A DNA stretch of 63,447 bases, filler included, from Kipferlia bialata (GCA_003568945.1; 4 parts of 4 records of this genome joined end to end with filler, not necessarily neighbours in it); one strand, 5' to 3'. Shown: positions 37,912-51,788, numbered from the whole stretch's first letter. Notes: generated by a model from the sequence alone, not told the origin. Numbers and translations are program-made.

Positions 37912-39113
37912 CACCTGCTGCGTCTGGGCAGAACCCTGCCATCCTGGCCAGAGCAGCCAGTCTGACGGCACAGGCACTGGGGGTGAGGACATGTCACAGA
38001 CAATATAGAGGATATAGACGAATAGAGTATATATAGAGTGGTCTAACAGCACAGAAACTTGGGGTGAGGGAGTTACTAAATTAGTATTTATATGAAACAG
38101 TTATACCTAAAGAATGTGAGGTCTGTTGCGTGCAATGGACTGAACCTCTCGTCCAGGGTGGGGTGCTGTCTAGCATGGAACACCTGGAGTCAATCAATCA
38201 ATTAATCAATGAGGGAGGGGAGAGAGAGAAGAAGTAGGGTGCTGTCTGGTATAGAAGACCTGGAATCAGTCAAAAATATGAATTTCTTTACATTTAGCTT
38301 AAATCAACATATATATAGAGATAGAAAGAGGTGCTGGGAGTCCAGGAATCAATCAATCAATGAGTGGGAGAGAGGGATAGTATATAAATACATTCACATA
38401 GTAATGGTTAGTTTGCACCTCACCATCGGCCATGCCTCCTTGCACTATTTTGATGCACACCTACACACATGCACACACACATATACACCTATATACATTT
38501 GTGTATGTCTACACACACTCACCACGGGCCATGCCTCCTTGCACTGCTCCAGTTCAGCCTGGCTGGTGGGACCCCTGGTGTCAGTATGTATGCATATACA
38601 GTAGTATAGTATATATAGTAGTAATGAATATATGTGTATATATGTATAGTATATATAGTAATGAATATATAACATATATATATATGACTATGAATAGTTC
38701 CTGATGACTGGGGACCCCTAGAGTAAGTAAAGAGTCAACATAGACACACAGAAGACAGTCCTATGCATTCGAATGATGAAAGGAAGTATATCTCATGCCT
38801 CTTTGGTACTCTAGCCTTGACCATCTTGGCCCAGTATCATATACCAATGTATCAATACACAATACAGATTGACACAGTATTGTATACATCTATATACCTC
38901 GTTGGCACTCTAGCCTTGACCATCTTGGCCCAGGGTGGGATGGGGACAGACAGGGGGGCACCTGAGAGTCAGACGAGAAGACACACAGAAATGATATATA
39001 TATATGTGTAGTAAGAAGACCAGCCATATATAAGAAGATAAGGAGACATACATATCGTATATATATGAGGGGGACAGAGAGGGGGGGGGGGACCTGAGGG
39101 TAAGACGAGACAC
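36318..39113 (-). CDS. ADAT3: tRNA adenosine-34 deaminase non-catalytic subunit (ADAT3/Tad3), 5'-partial
   Basis: Spliced exons give GPTSQAELEQCKEAWPV/VFHA, HPWAHSTTRALK (HxE Glu replaced, as in Tad3), and GYLATGLDMFL/VSEPCVGCSMALVHSRIRCVVYGRSAPQGGL/GTMVSVPSLSNVTHSFVC. Confidence 0.88.
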
Positions 39114-39158
39114 ATAATTGATATATGGGGTGGGGGGGGGGGGGGGGGGGGAGAAAGA

Positions 39159-39258
39159 NNNNNNNNNNNNNNNNNNNNNNNNNNNNNNNNNNNNNNNNNN
39201 NNTTAATTAATTAANNNNNNNNNNNNNNNNNNNNNNNNNNNNNNNNNNNNNNNNNNNN
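39159..39258. other. Artificial contig spacer
   Basis: N-flanked TTAATTAATTAA at 39203-39214. Confidence 0.97.
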
Positions 39259-39522
39259 TTTCGTGGGGGGGGTTTTTCCTTCCCCCCCCCCCCCCCCCCC
39301 TCCTTACCCCCCGCCCCCATATGTATATCAGTTATAATATATACTTATAGGAAGAGAGAGAGAGACGTGTCCCTCCATCAGCAATAATTCCGTGTATCTC
39401 TATCATATGTATTTCTTGGATAATATAATGCATCAGTGTATATATGTGTTTTGGTTATTGTTGAGTCTGTGGTTCAGGGGTTATGTAGTGACTGGTATTC
39501 TTTCACTCATATTGTGTTGACA

Positions 39523-40611
39523 GATTCTTACCACAAGTGAGGGGGATTGGTTAGCAATGCAATGCACAGCTTTCAATGGTTCACCGATACTCTGGAGTAT
39601 GGCTTCGACTCTCCCACGATTGCAGCTGCCTCTCTCGGGTCCAACAGAGTCCTGTTGGTGACCAAACACTCCCAGGCTGTGTTAGCTGGGAGTGAGTGGC
39701 GAATACTCACTTTCACAGTTGAGTCTCACCCGCCCTATGCTCCACACATCGAACGCGTGGATATTGTACCGGGTCCTGCACTACCAGATGGGTTGATGGA
39801 AGTGGAACTCTGTCGGATCCAGGATATGGTGGTCGTGTTTGGGGTGTCGAAGCAAGTGCGCGAAGACGAGGATGTCCCTATTTGGCTCATGGCAGTGTAT
39901 ACCATAGCCACCGGTGCGTGGGAGACCATCCCATACGTTGAGGGTAAGTCTCCAGTCCCTCGCTTGTCCCCGCATGTATGTGCACTCTCTGACAGATTGG
40001 TGGTCATAGGGGGTATTGAGCCGGACTCATCTGATAGTGATATCCAAGAGACGTATTACGACGCCTGGGAGTGGTCAGTGTACTCTAGACAGTGGACACA
40101 GTGTAGTGCAGACTGCCCCAAATCCTTGGAGGGTGGCAATGCAGGTGTCAATTGCGATGTCATCCATATGCCCGTTGGGGGTGGAGATGGCACTGTACTG
40201 TACTCAGGTGGCAGATACCTCCTAGACACAGACCCATGGGAATCGTGTCTTGGAGTTGACGGTGGTTTCTGCTTGCTCGACGTGCCACTCTACGGGCAAC
40301 ACCGTCTCATCATCACCAACACCTTAGACGATGACCCTGGGATATCCATTGACACTGTGGAGTACTGGATAGTGGACGCCGTGTCCCATGATAGAGTGCA
40401 GTGTCAGCCGATATACGAAAGAAGAGTGAAAGATGGCCCTGTGTCCTATCTTGACCATGGGTTGGCCGAGGGGGGTGCCATCCCCGTGATGCTGAACCCC
40501 ACCACGCTCCTGATATTCGCCAATAAGGCCATGGTACGAGTTGCCATAGACCCCTTCCTCCTCAGCCCTGAGTTCCACACCAGCATGGTGGGGACTAGGC
40601 TGCTGAGATGA
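39523..40611 (+). CDS. Kelch-type beta-propeller protein (start uncertain)
   Basis: 354-aa ORF with 'VVVFG', 'YTIATGAWETIP..KSPVPR', 'LVVIGGI', 'DAWEWSVYSRQWTQ' and a terminal 'VMLNPTTLLIF'. Confidence 0.75.
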
Positions 40612-40903
40612 GAGCGGAGACATAGGGAGTGTGGTGTGTAGACGAGATGTATTTCTCCTTTTGGCGAATAGGTATGGTATTGCTAAGGAAAGTCTCGCCA
40701 TAAGACAGTGTGGAGTCATGACGAACGCAAATTCTATTAAGCGGGAAACCATTCCCATAATGGAAGGTACTTGTAGATGTACATAAAGAAGAGAAACACT
40801 TCAACAAACCACTGACGGCAACGTGGGCAAACACTTACACACAATTGGGCCAGAGGGTGACAAAGACACACAGAGACACAAGAACACAACAGTAGTAGTG
40901 GGA

Positions 40904-43900
40904 CTAGTCGTGGCCATACACGACGAGGGAGGGGGGTGACTCGAGCCCAGCCACTATGACCTGCTCTCCCAGAGAGGTGACGGCAGAGGAGACAGCCCCC
41001 GAGGACTGGAGGCGCATGACTTGATCGAGGGAGGCACCGTCCCTCACAGCTATGCGGGCTCGCTTGCCACAGAAGACGAGGTACTTCCCCCCCTCTATGG
41101 GACGTATGCTAGTGACTGGGATGGGCTCGGAGCACTCTGCTATGATGGCCCCTGTGCACAGGTGCAGGAGGTAGGTGTGGCAGGCCTCGGCACAGTGGGC
41201 CACGATGGCGTCTGGCAGGATGACGGCTATGGTGGGCACCGCGGGCAGAGCGATCGACCTGATGTATGTGCCAGACATGAGCGATGTCAGTATCAGGGTG
41301 CCATCGGCAGACCCAGACACAACGAGATCAGCCTTGGCCGACACAGCCACCGAGGTGACATAGTCTGAGTGGCCAGACAGGGTGGCAAAGGGGTGCACCT
41401 CAGAGTTGGGGTCTAGCCCAGTGCGCCTTGTCTCCGAGGGAGCCCCCATGGTACCCACCCCCCCACCTGCCACCGAGGATGCCACGGCATCCTGTCTGGA
41501 TGATAGGACAGGCTGCAGGTGGTCGCCTAGCCGCCACACCAGCACAGTGGTGTCCAGAGACCCAGTGGCCAGGTACAGACCATCCTCGCTCATACCAACG
41601 GCTGACACTAGGTCTCTGTGGCCCGACACGGTCTGAATGGTATCGCCCATGTGGGTATCGTGTACCCTCAGCGTAGAGTCGTAGTGACCCCCTGTGTACA
41701 ACAGACGCCCATCGGGAGAGGCCGCGAACAACTGATTGAGGGACCGTTCCTTGAGACCAGGCAGGTTGCGGAACTGACCCAGCCTGACCAGCCCCTGGGT
41801 GCCCATCTCCAGGGTGTAAGGGGCAGTGGTGTCACCTAGCAGGACAGCTGAGGCAGACAGGGGAGACCCAGGGCCCGTGATGATGCGGGATATGGGCCCG
41901 TCATTGACCTTGACAGGCATAGACAGCAGAGGCCGGGCCATCACAGTACCAGACTCGGACTGGCCCCACCGGTATGTCCCCACCTTCCCATTAGCAGTCA
42001 CCACCAGCAGCTTGTGCCCTGACCCGGCACACCCACTGGCACGGGGTATGGCATGCACCAACACAGGCCGGTCCGGCAGCCTCACACTCATCTTCTTGAC
42101 CATGGTTGTCACCTCGAACCGTGCCCGTCTCTTCGTGGTAGGGACCTTGGCTGGGTGGGGTCCCTTGAACAGCCTATGAGGGGTCTGGCCGAAGTTGGCT
42201 ATTACAGACACCGCGGCCTCCCTCTCAGCAGGGTCCTTCAGAGCATCAATGTCCACGGCACCTGCATAGGACTGGCTGTTAAACACGTTGCACCGCTCAG
42301 CGGCCTGGGGTCCTGTCTGGGCTACTCCGAAGATGAGGTCGATCCAGAGGTGCAGGTGCTGCGATACGTACTCAGACTCCAGGGCCGCCCTGTGTATCCG
42401 TACAAAGTGCTCTGCATCTGTCGCCCATGGGGGCAGACCGACACCCCCCACCCTCTCCCCGTCCTGGGTGGTCCCCAGCATGGTGTTGTTGGTGTTCTTG
42501 AGGAACTCGGGCTGGTAGTAGAACTCGGGGATCAGCTCCTTGTTGTCGCCTGGGTTCACAATCACGTTGTCCCACGTGTCAGGGATCGACCTGAACATGC
42601 GGTCTGCGGCATCGAACCTGCCCTCCTGCAGCTTGATAGCCATGGTGGTGAAGGGCTCCATCCTGAGGAGATAGAAGAGCACGGCACCCAGGCTCGAGTA
42701 GTGGTTGCCAAAGTGGAAGGGGAGCTGGAAGTCGCTCTGCATCTTGGCCAGAGTGCGGTACTTCATCGACACCTGGCGCCGCACCTGCTTCCGCTGGGCA
42801 CCCGCTGGGTAGGAGAGGTCTCTGTACACAGCTGGGTCAGACAGATCGATGCGGTCACTTCGGTAGTCACGCAGCACCCACGGGAACACGGGGTACTGGG
42901 AGATGTCGTTGTAGGTCCTTCCAGCGGCTGTGTTAAGTGCCATCAGGTAGTCAAAGTTGGTGACAAACCCCTCTGTCCACAGCTGTGTGACATTGGAGGG
43001 CTTGAGAGGGAGGGGGAAGGGATACAGGGCCAACTTCCGCGTCGACAGCATTGCCTGTACCCTCCTGTAGTCTGCCACTCCAAAGTTGAAGAACAGGCTG
43101 CCCTTGTCAACTAGGAACACTTCTACAGCAGTGACACGCAGCAGATACCGCCTTGCTTGGACGCTAGATATGCGGTGGAAGGGAACCACAAAGTCTCTGT
43201 GGTACAGAGCGTCCAGGGGTGTCTCGTCTACTGCCTCAGCGTTGGCCACTGCCGATATGACAAAGTCCTCGGCATCTGGGTTCACCTTGACCTTGAAGAC
43301 TAGGGACGGGGGGTGGAGCCTCGTCTCAAATGTGCCGGGTATGGCCTCCATGTCTGCAATGAGCTCACAGGGCACACTCAGCTCTATCGGTGTCTGGGAC
43401 ACGGGGCCTGTGTCGCCCTGGGCGTCTGTGGCAGGGGCAGGGAGAGAGTCCTCCGACTCAGAGTCCTCCATGACACCATCGTCCAGTACGGGTACATCCG
43501 CCTCGGCAGCCCCAGTCGCCTCCTCGCCCTGCAGTGCCTTGGATGCCTGGCCACTGTCATTGCTACCACTAGCACAGCACTCTACCTTGTGCTGGTCGTC
43601 ACTGTGGTCTGTCCCCCCTGGGTACCTGATCATGCGGCACCTCCTCCTGTTGTCGTCCTCAGAGTTGAACAGCCTCCAGAACACCCTGGTCGCACTGTTC
43701 TGTTCACCCTGGCACCAGGCACCCCGGCTGTTGGTGAGGTCAGACAGGATGGTGCGGGTCTGGGACCTGGCAGCTCGGCGGTGGCTGAGTAACTCGGCCC
43801 TCAGCTGGGTGCGCCTCTCTCTCTCCTTAAGCAGCAGCCCCATCACGTGGGTGATGCTCATCTTGGCCACTTGTTCTGCCAGAGAGTCATACTCCATCAG

Positions 43901-46900
43901 GCGTTGCTTGCGCTTGGCGAGAACTGCATTTCTATAGGCCTCCCAGGCAGCCCCAGTGTCGTGTGCAGCGGCCTCTTGGACGTCTAAGACGTATACACGC
44001 TGCATCTTGAGGAGAAGGGAGGGCCATTCACCGCTGCGGAGATTGGCAAGGAGTGAGTCAGGGCAGCAGGAGGCCCTCAGTGCCAGCACCCTCCCTGCCT
44101 GTCTCACCAAGGGTACACCCCCCACCTCACTGCAGAGGAGGGTGAGGGTCTTTGCATGGTGGCACAGGACGGAGTAGATGCAGTGGCCCAGGGTGGATGC
44201 ATACACTGGGTAGTCAGAGGACACAGACTCTGGGAGCCACAGGGTGGCAGAGGCCATACACGCAAAGAACTGCATTAACAGCTGTGCCTCGGCCCCCTTG
44301 AGTTGGGGGCGAAGACGAGGGGGCTCTGGGAAGTCCTCGAATGGGTCTGGGGAATGGGACACGTGGGGGATGGCCAGCATTCTGAGCACCGCCTTTAGCC
44401 ACACATGGGCGGGTGCCTCATCAAGCATAGACAGCACGGCATGGCCCTGTCTCAGTACGACGGAGAAGAGGGCAGGGGGGCCACGCTTGGCGAGGTCTTC
44501 GGCCAGGGGGTGTGGGGGTGTGTTGGGCTCCCTGCCCTTCTGAGCAGCAGACCCTATCTTGAGTGCCACATCTGATCTGACCTGGGGTGCATCGAGGAAC
44601 CTTAGGGCGGCCAGACTTCTAACAGAGAACACGGCTGAGGCACGGCGGACGGCATAGAGGATAGACACTGACCCATCTGCCCCTGCCTGTGATGCCTCTC
44701 TCTCCTCTCTCTCCCCTGATGCCTTGTCCCGGTGGGTGTCGAAAGGGAACAGACACGCATCCCCCATCACGTGGAGGAAGATGTGGAGGGGCACAAACGA
44801 CTCACAGGCTGGGTAAGCGCAGAGAGTGAGGTCTGAGGCAGGACACAGAGCATCTAGGATGGTTCCCCCCTCCATCAGATCCCCTACCAACTCGGTGCCA
44901 CCTATATGAGAGGTAGCTGTTTCTGAGAGCTGGAGGAGCTCTGCCACGACTGCGACACCGATACTGGCCTCGGGCATGGAGGAGAAGCGGGAGAGGGCGT
45001 ACAGGACAACGAGTCTCATAATATCGATGGATGCAGGGAGAGAGGGGGCAGATTGGGAGGTGGCCAGCTCAGAGAGAGTGGCCACCATACTGTTACCCTG
45101 CTCCACCGTACACACCACCACTTCACCCAGCAGACACACCACAGTAGCCATAATGGAGACGTCAGTGGGGTCTGAGGGGTCATAGGGCACCAGGACGCGG
45201 GTCAATACTTGGCAGAGGTCGATGAAGGGATGAGTCTCCACGAAGCACTGGATGTTGTCGTGGCTCAACCTCACAAGATAGAGGAGGGTGAACAAGGCCC
45301 GTAGAATGTCCTTCCGGTCCAGAGTCCTGCCCAGCAGCACCCCCGTCAGCACCTTCAAGGGGACAGCATGTACCACAACTAGGGGTATGCCCATCTGGCG
45401 AGTCTCGGCATCCACAGCAGCAACATCTAGGGCCATGCCGATGTCTAGATCGTCACACAGGTTGTCTGTCTCAAAGGCTGGCACCGGCAACACCCCCAGG
45501 GCGGCCCTGAACAGCATGTCTATGTGGCTGGACCTGGGGTGGGCGCATATGCTCTCCACCAGCCTTTGCACTGCGTAGTCCACATCTGGCCCATGGGACT
45601 CCCAGGGCACAGCGGACAGCATCTCCAGCAGGGTGTGGACACCGAGGTAGAGCATGAGGGGTGACACAGAGTCTGCCACTGTCTCTGCCCTGACAGTGGC
45701 CACATCGGCAGGGGGGGAGGGGTCTATCAGGTGCAGGAAGGGCAGAAGGGCACATAGGAGGGGGGTCTCCACCCGACTGTAGCGTGAGGGTAGGTGGCTC
45801 AGCCAGGGAGAGGGGCCTCTGGAGGGCTGTGGGGTCCCTCTCAGCAGAGAGATGGGTCTGACGTGTGTGTGACCCAGGGAGTACTGCTCCTTGGTCAGGG
45901 CACACACAGCCATGGCACCCCCAAGGTGGCTGACATTGAAGTGGTGTCCCTTGAGCAGCAGCAGTAGCAGCAGCATCATCTCTGCCCGTGCCTGGTCGTC
46001 CCCAGGGGTGTCCAGGATGTGGCCTAGGAGGGACCGGAGCTCGGTCACACGTAGTGTGGTGCGATGCATCGGGCGGGACCGGCCCTCACTGGCCCTTGGG
46101 GAGGAGGGCCCAGCACGGCCCTTGGACGTGTCCCCTGCATACCACTTAACAAGGCTCTTGAGGATGGACGCTCTGCAGAAGAGGAGCCTGTCCCTGCCTG
46201 GTCTACCGTCTCTGACCTGCCGAGAGTGAGAGGGGACAGCTGAGCACATCTGCTTGGGCACTGCCCTGGGCATAGGGCTGTACCACATACACAGGGCCAT
46301 CATGTCCAGCACTCTAGGGAGGGTCACCACCTGCTGCACTATCCCCTGCATGCCTCTCCTGGGGTTGACTAGAGAGTGGTACAGGGACAGCACTGCGTCC
46401 TGGGTCGGCTTGGAGCACCACAGCCACAGCTCCAGGTTGTACACGTGGGTCACCAGGACCTCCCTCAGCAGAGGCGTGGACCCGGCCCTTGCCTTGCTGA
46501 ATGTGGCAACCAGAAGGTCCAGCTGGGTCACGACATCTGGCCCTATAAAGCCTGGGTTGCAGGTCTCCAGCATACCTGCCAGGAGGGATAGACCCAGAGA
46601 CTCAAACTCGGCCCTCAGAGACTGGGAGCTCTGGAGGAGAGAGTGCACCAGCTCATACACGGTGCTGACCATTCTGGAGTCTGTGCCCAGAGACCCCACC
46701 CTCTCAGACACTTGACAGGGGCTGTCGAACCTCGGGGGTATGGGTCTGCCGAACTGCCTGATGAGGGGCAGGAGGGCCACTGCCCCACCCACACACGGCA
46801 GCAGTTCCTTGATGGTGCGGGAGCCAACAACCCTCGTACCCGAGTAGAGATGGGCAATGCCTCGGCCTGGGGGTGAGGGAGGTATGATTGTGTAACACAA

Positions 46901-49900
46901 CACTGAAATGCTAAAACCAAACCCACCTTCCTCCACCCCTGGCGTCAGGTCCAGGACCTCTGTCTCAGACACTGCAGCCTCTGCCAGTATACACAGCACC
47001 ACAGACCCCGTGATGAAGTCGAGGCCGGTCGCCACGGGGCGGTGGTCCCTAGAGATGTGGCTCTGGAGGCCAAGGTCCGATGCCAGTTCCATGTCAGTGC
47101 GTACAGTGGTGCAGAGAGCTAGGGCCTGGGCGACACCAGCGGTGCCCAGGTCCCGCATCGACCTGACCTGGCGCTCTGACACAGCTCGGTTCAACAGGAG
47201 GATGCCCGCCACCTGACCCACCAGGGAGGAGACCCGCTTCTTGTGCTGGGGGATGTTAGACCCCACACACGCCTTGTCATACTCCACAACAAGGCCATCC
47301 GGTACAAAGGGGACACCCTTGAGACTGCCCAGGACAGAGGCATCCTCGTAGAAGGTGATGTCAACCTATAAATGAGGAGAAGTACGTCAACATTTCGCAT
47401 AATAGAAGTAGTCTACAGCATGTACATAGATACATGAAGTTCAGTATAGAAATAGCTATATACAATATCCACCTGACTGCACCCCCTCTGGGTGTGGGAT
47501 GGCACCACCACTATGCACATGTGGCGCCAGATACCACGGCAGAGCTCATCCTTGGTCACGTAGTGGGTCTCGTCAATATCAGCAGAGCACACCCTGTACA
47601 CCAACAGGCCCTGGGCGATGTAGAACTCAAACCCATGCCCCTTGTGATCCAGCATACTGATGATCCTGGGTCGGTACATCGGCTTGTCCTGGGGGTCGTC
47701 GAAGGACTCTATCCTCAGCCACAGGCTGACACTGAACCCTTGCCGCCCCCACTGTCCACCTACACCTAGCGCAAAGGGGGGCAGACGCACACCACTGTGA
47801 CATCCGTCAGAGTCAAGCACAAACCCTGGGGTGGTGCCGCGACTGATGCGCTGCAGAACCCTCAGGACCAGGGGGATGTAGGGGGACCGGTGGCCGTCAG
47901 GCTGGGACCGCAGCAGGGAGAAGAGCGACTTGAGCTCCTGCACTCTTCTGAGACCCACGATGCCCCCTAGGTATGCCAGGCGTCTGATGAGCAGGATGAC
48001 GTGGTGGCCACAGCAGGAGTTGGACATCAGGTCAGGGTTGGAGGCATCCAGAGGCCACTCCTCGCCCTCAGGCCCAACCCCGGCCAGACCGAGTGTCTCC
48101 AGACGCACCTGGGTCCACTCCGGTCTGGCCGTGGCAAAGGGCACCATATCGGCCAGGTTGAGACCGAACCCTGTGTCTGCGGCAGTGGGTGTGTCACCCC
48201 TGAGCACAACGGGGTCCTGGGCAGGAAGGGAGTCAGCGGAGCAGGAGAGCAGAGACACATGGGGTGGGGCTGTGGTGTAACATGCCTCGTAGTGTGTGTA
48301 GTTGGCATCCATGAACTGTAGGGAGGCAATGATGTCCTCGAGGCTACCAGCACTGGCCATCCTGAGCTTGTTGGACACGCTGGCCTCGACTAGGAAGCAG
48401 AGGCAGTCCACGATGAAGTGCTGCACCCAGGGGCGGGTCCCCTTGTGTCTGACTAGCAGGAAGAGGAGGCGTAGCACAGACTGGTTCTGGATGTGGTACT
48501 GACCGCAGCAGGCCGGGTTGAAGTCAGTCTCGACCAGGATGTCGAAGAGGAGGATGACCAGCTCCACCCTCAGCCAGCCCCCTCCCCCCTGTACTATCAA
48601 GTCGGCAAGGTGCTCATCCAGCACATCCTGGGCAAAGGCCGCCTTGGCTGGTATGCTACCCGTCACCAGGGAGCGCACTGCCCTCAGCATCGCCCTGATC
48701 ATAGAAAGGTCGCAGCAGGCAGACTGGATACCAGTCCACAGCTTGACAAACACGTCGACATCGGTAAATGCCTGCTGTATCCGGGACCGCCTCATGTGTA
48801 TCTCGGTGTCCCCTAGACGGGTCCCGACATTGGCTGAGTCCTGCGTCACATCACACACGCTCTCTATCTCCAGCATGAAGGACACAGCACCCTCGACATC
48901 CCCTGCCTCCCCCCTCACACACAGCTTGGGCACACAGTCGCAGTAGTAGGCTGCCACGTGCCTGAGCCTCTGCCCCACCGGTGTAGATGTCTCGTGGTGG
49001 TGCTCTGCCTGGTCCTTGTCCCCCTGCAGCACAGTGTCAGGTACTGATCCAGAGGGGTGGGCGGCACCTGCGTGGAACATCCTCTTGCCTACACTCAGCA
49101 CCCAGTCCCTGAGCTCAGGGTCGAGGATGAGACCGAACACCACCTGGACGACGTCATCATCGTACAGACAGTGCAGGCTGGCAGACTCTATCGACATGAG
49201 GTGGTCGAGCAGAGACAGCACAACGTGGCGGAGCTGTCTGAGTTGGACTAGCAAGACGGGGTCTGTCACATTCCTGATGCTACCCTGTACATGGACCAGA
49301 GTGCCTACCAACAGCTTGAAGGGCCGAAGGTCGGCCAGGGCAGACAATACATCACCGCTGATGCGTACCACGGACAGAATGCAGTCCAGCACCACAAAGA
49401 CTGTGGCATAGCGGTTGGGCACGTTGTTGGCTACGGACAGCAGGGCAGAGAGTATGTCCTTGGTACAGATGTCAGAGACAGACATGCAGAAGGACAGAAA
49501 GGCCATCAGCCTGTGCCTCAAGACCACTGAGACAGCCGGTGCGGCATAGTGCACAATAGGCACCTGGCCACTGAAGCTCTCAAAGGACGGGTCGACGGTC
49601 CCATACCCGCATAGTCTGCCTGCCTCTACACACACCTCCCCGTCCCCACCCATGTCCTCCTCCAGCTCACTCCCTGACTCAGAGACAGACCTAGAGTGGG
49701 AGTGGTACTCCCTGGGCCTCCTGCCGCTGCGGTACCAGGTCTCACTCTGCAGCAGGGGGGTCTGGCCCCAGAACAGGAACTGGTCCGAGAGCATGAGGGA
49801 GAGCACACCTACGTGCAGTAGAGATGTGAGAGAGGTGGGGTCCCTGACGACAAGGGCTGTCAGGATGTCAATCGTCAGGTGCTGCAGTGCGGTAGACGTC

Positions 49901-51717
49901 TCCCTCAGCGTCGCCACGGCGGGAGGCACCTCCGACCCAAACATCTCCATCACCACCCGCACCATGTGCCTCTGTATGGAGCTGTCATCCTCACTGGCCT
50001 GGGACGCAGGGAACAGCAGCTCCCCCTTGGTCCTAGCTGCCACCAGGGCACTCTGCACCATGACCAGTCTGGGCCCCATGAAGCCACCTGCCTTGCCAAG
50101 GGCCTGGGCCACAAGGTCAGGCAGCAGCATCTCTGAGGCGTTGAAGGGGGGGAGGGGGGAGGAGAGAGAGGCGTCGCGGGACAGTTCGTCCCAGGTCCAG
50201 TCCGGCACATTGACAAACTGGGCATAGCGCACAGGGGAGGATGCAGCGGTGAAGGCGTCCTTGGCCCTAAGTCCAGCCGAGACAGGGGGGAGGGTCTGCT
50301 GGTAGGAACGCCTCTTGCTGAGGACAAAGGCAGGCAGAGACGTGCCCTTGGAGGAGGGAGGCGGGCGCTGTGCCACGAGAATGGCTGGGGTGAGACAGGA
50401 ACAGTGACAAGACTGATGCTATCAGAAGGGATATACACCTCACATACCGATGATGGAGGCACATAATGTGCGCATGTCATCACTATAGTGATGGTATGGC
50501 TCTGGAGGGGGGTATATAGCGGAACCAGGCCGAACAAGAGACCGGAAGGTGTATACGCCAAGATTAGAGGCTGGGGGTAGGGTAACGGTCTCCAGTCTCC
50601 TGTAGCCATCATCCCAGTTCTGAGAGTCAGCCACGCCCCCGACTATGTAACTGTACATCGCCTGGGTAATCGTGTAGAGCGGCCCTTCCCCAACAGCAGA
50701 ACAGCCCCAGTTAGGCCCCGGGTCCCGTGGTGTCTGCACCCCACAGTGGGTGAGGGCCAGGGTGCATAGGGTGACACCCACGTGGTGGAATAGGTCTGCC
50801 TCGGCTATGGCCTCCAGGTACTGAATAGGGGGGTTGACTGTGATCTCCCGGCAAATCTCCAGGACGCAGCTCTTGTCCACTGGCCCTATATACGACTCAC
50901 CCAGCATATCCCCAGACATGCCCTCGACAGAGTGGTCTGTGCTGCCATCCCTCTCTCCCCCAGTCTCCAAGAGCCTCAGGAGGGAGCTGAAGCTGAGCCC
51001 ACACCCAGACCTATCCATAGGAGATATGCTGGATCGGAGCTGGTATCTATCTAGAGACACCAGAGACCCGAGGGTGTGTAGACATACACACCGGGCATAG
51101 GGGGGTATGGGTCGGCCCTCCGTGCCACACTGCAATGCTGTGACGGTATCTGCCACCTGTAGGAAGACGTCTATCAACCCAGTACGCAGGAACACTCCCA
51201 CCACATCCCTCCTGTCGACAATGGAGGCCTCTCTCTCGAGGTCGGAGGAGACGTCCCACCCGTCCCACCCCCTGCTGTGTCCATCTGCCCCCTGCCCCAC
51301 CACACCCATCCCATGGGCACAGAGTGTGACAGGGCCTAGAGAGCGGGTGCGGACAGGGACCTCAGGCCATGTGCCCTCTGAGAAGAGGCCAGGCAGAGCT
51401 AGGGGGAGGGGGACGTGGGGGTAGGGGGAGACAGCGGACGGCAGGTGCGCACTAGACGGAAATAGCACTGGGGCCACCCGCCATGAGAATGCGAGGCCAG
51501 TCAGGTTGCCTATGAGGTACATACACTCAGCCATACAAGCCAGTAAGAGGTCAGAGTACGGGGTCAGCTGGGGGTCGACCTCTCTCCCCCTCCTCTCACT
51601 CTCTGCCAGAGTGTGGTGCACTGACTGAAACGCCTGCAGCAAGAGGGAGAGAGCGTTGGCACAGAAGACACACGCGTTGGACTCATTGGTCATCAGCATA
51701 GCAACCTGGCTGGACCT
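40904..51717 (-). CDS. BEACH-domain protein (neurobeachin/LRBA/NBEAL-like): ConA-like domain, PH-BEACH, WD40; 5'-partial
   Basis: BEACH motifs W..G.VTNFDYLMALNTAAGRTYNDISQYPVFPWVL, FHFGNHYSS, KELIPEFYY, HRAALESEYVSQHLHLWIDLIFG and NFGQTP; PH 'RRYLLRVTAVEVF'; WD40 repeats; ConA-like 'GFSVSLWLRIE'. Introns 50385-50447, 47366-47472 and 46867-46926 join the ORFs into ~3500 aa. Confidence 0.95.
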
Positions 51718-51788
51718 AGCTGTAAGGAATAGGAATGGGATGAGAAAGGGGGGGGGGGGGGGGGGGGGGGGGGGGAGAGGGAGAGAGA

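Noticed and set aside
42053..43937. Long + strand ORFs (353 aa, 283 aa) opposite BEACH
   Set aside because: Antisense shadows of a GC-rich, codon-biased exon with no recognisable domains.
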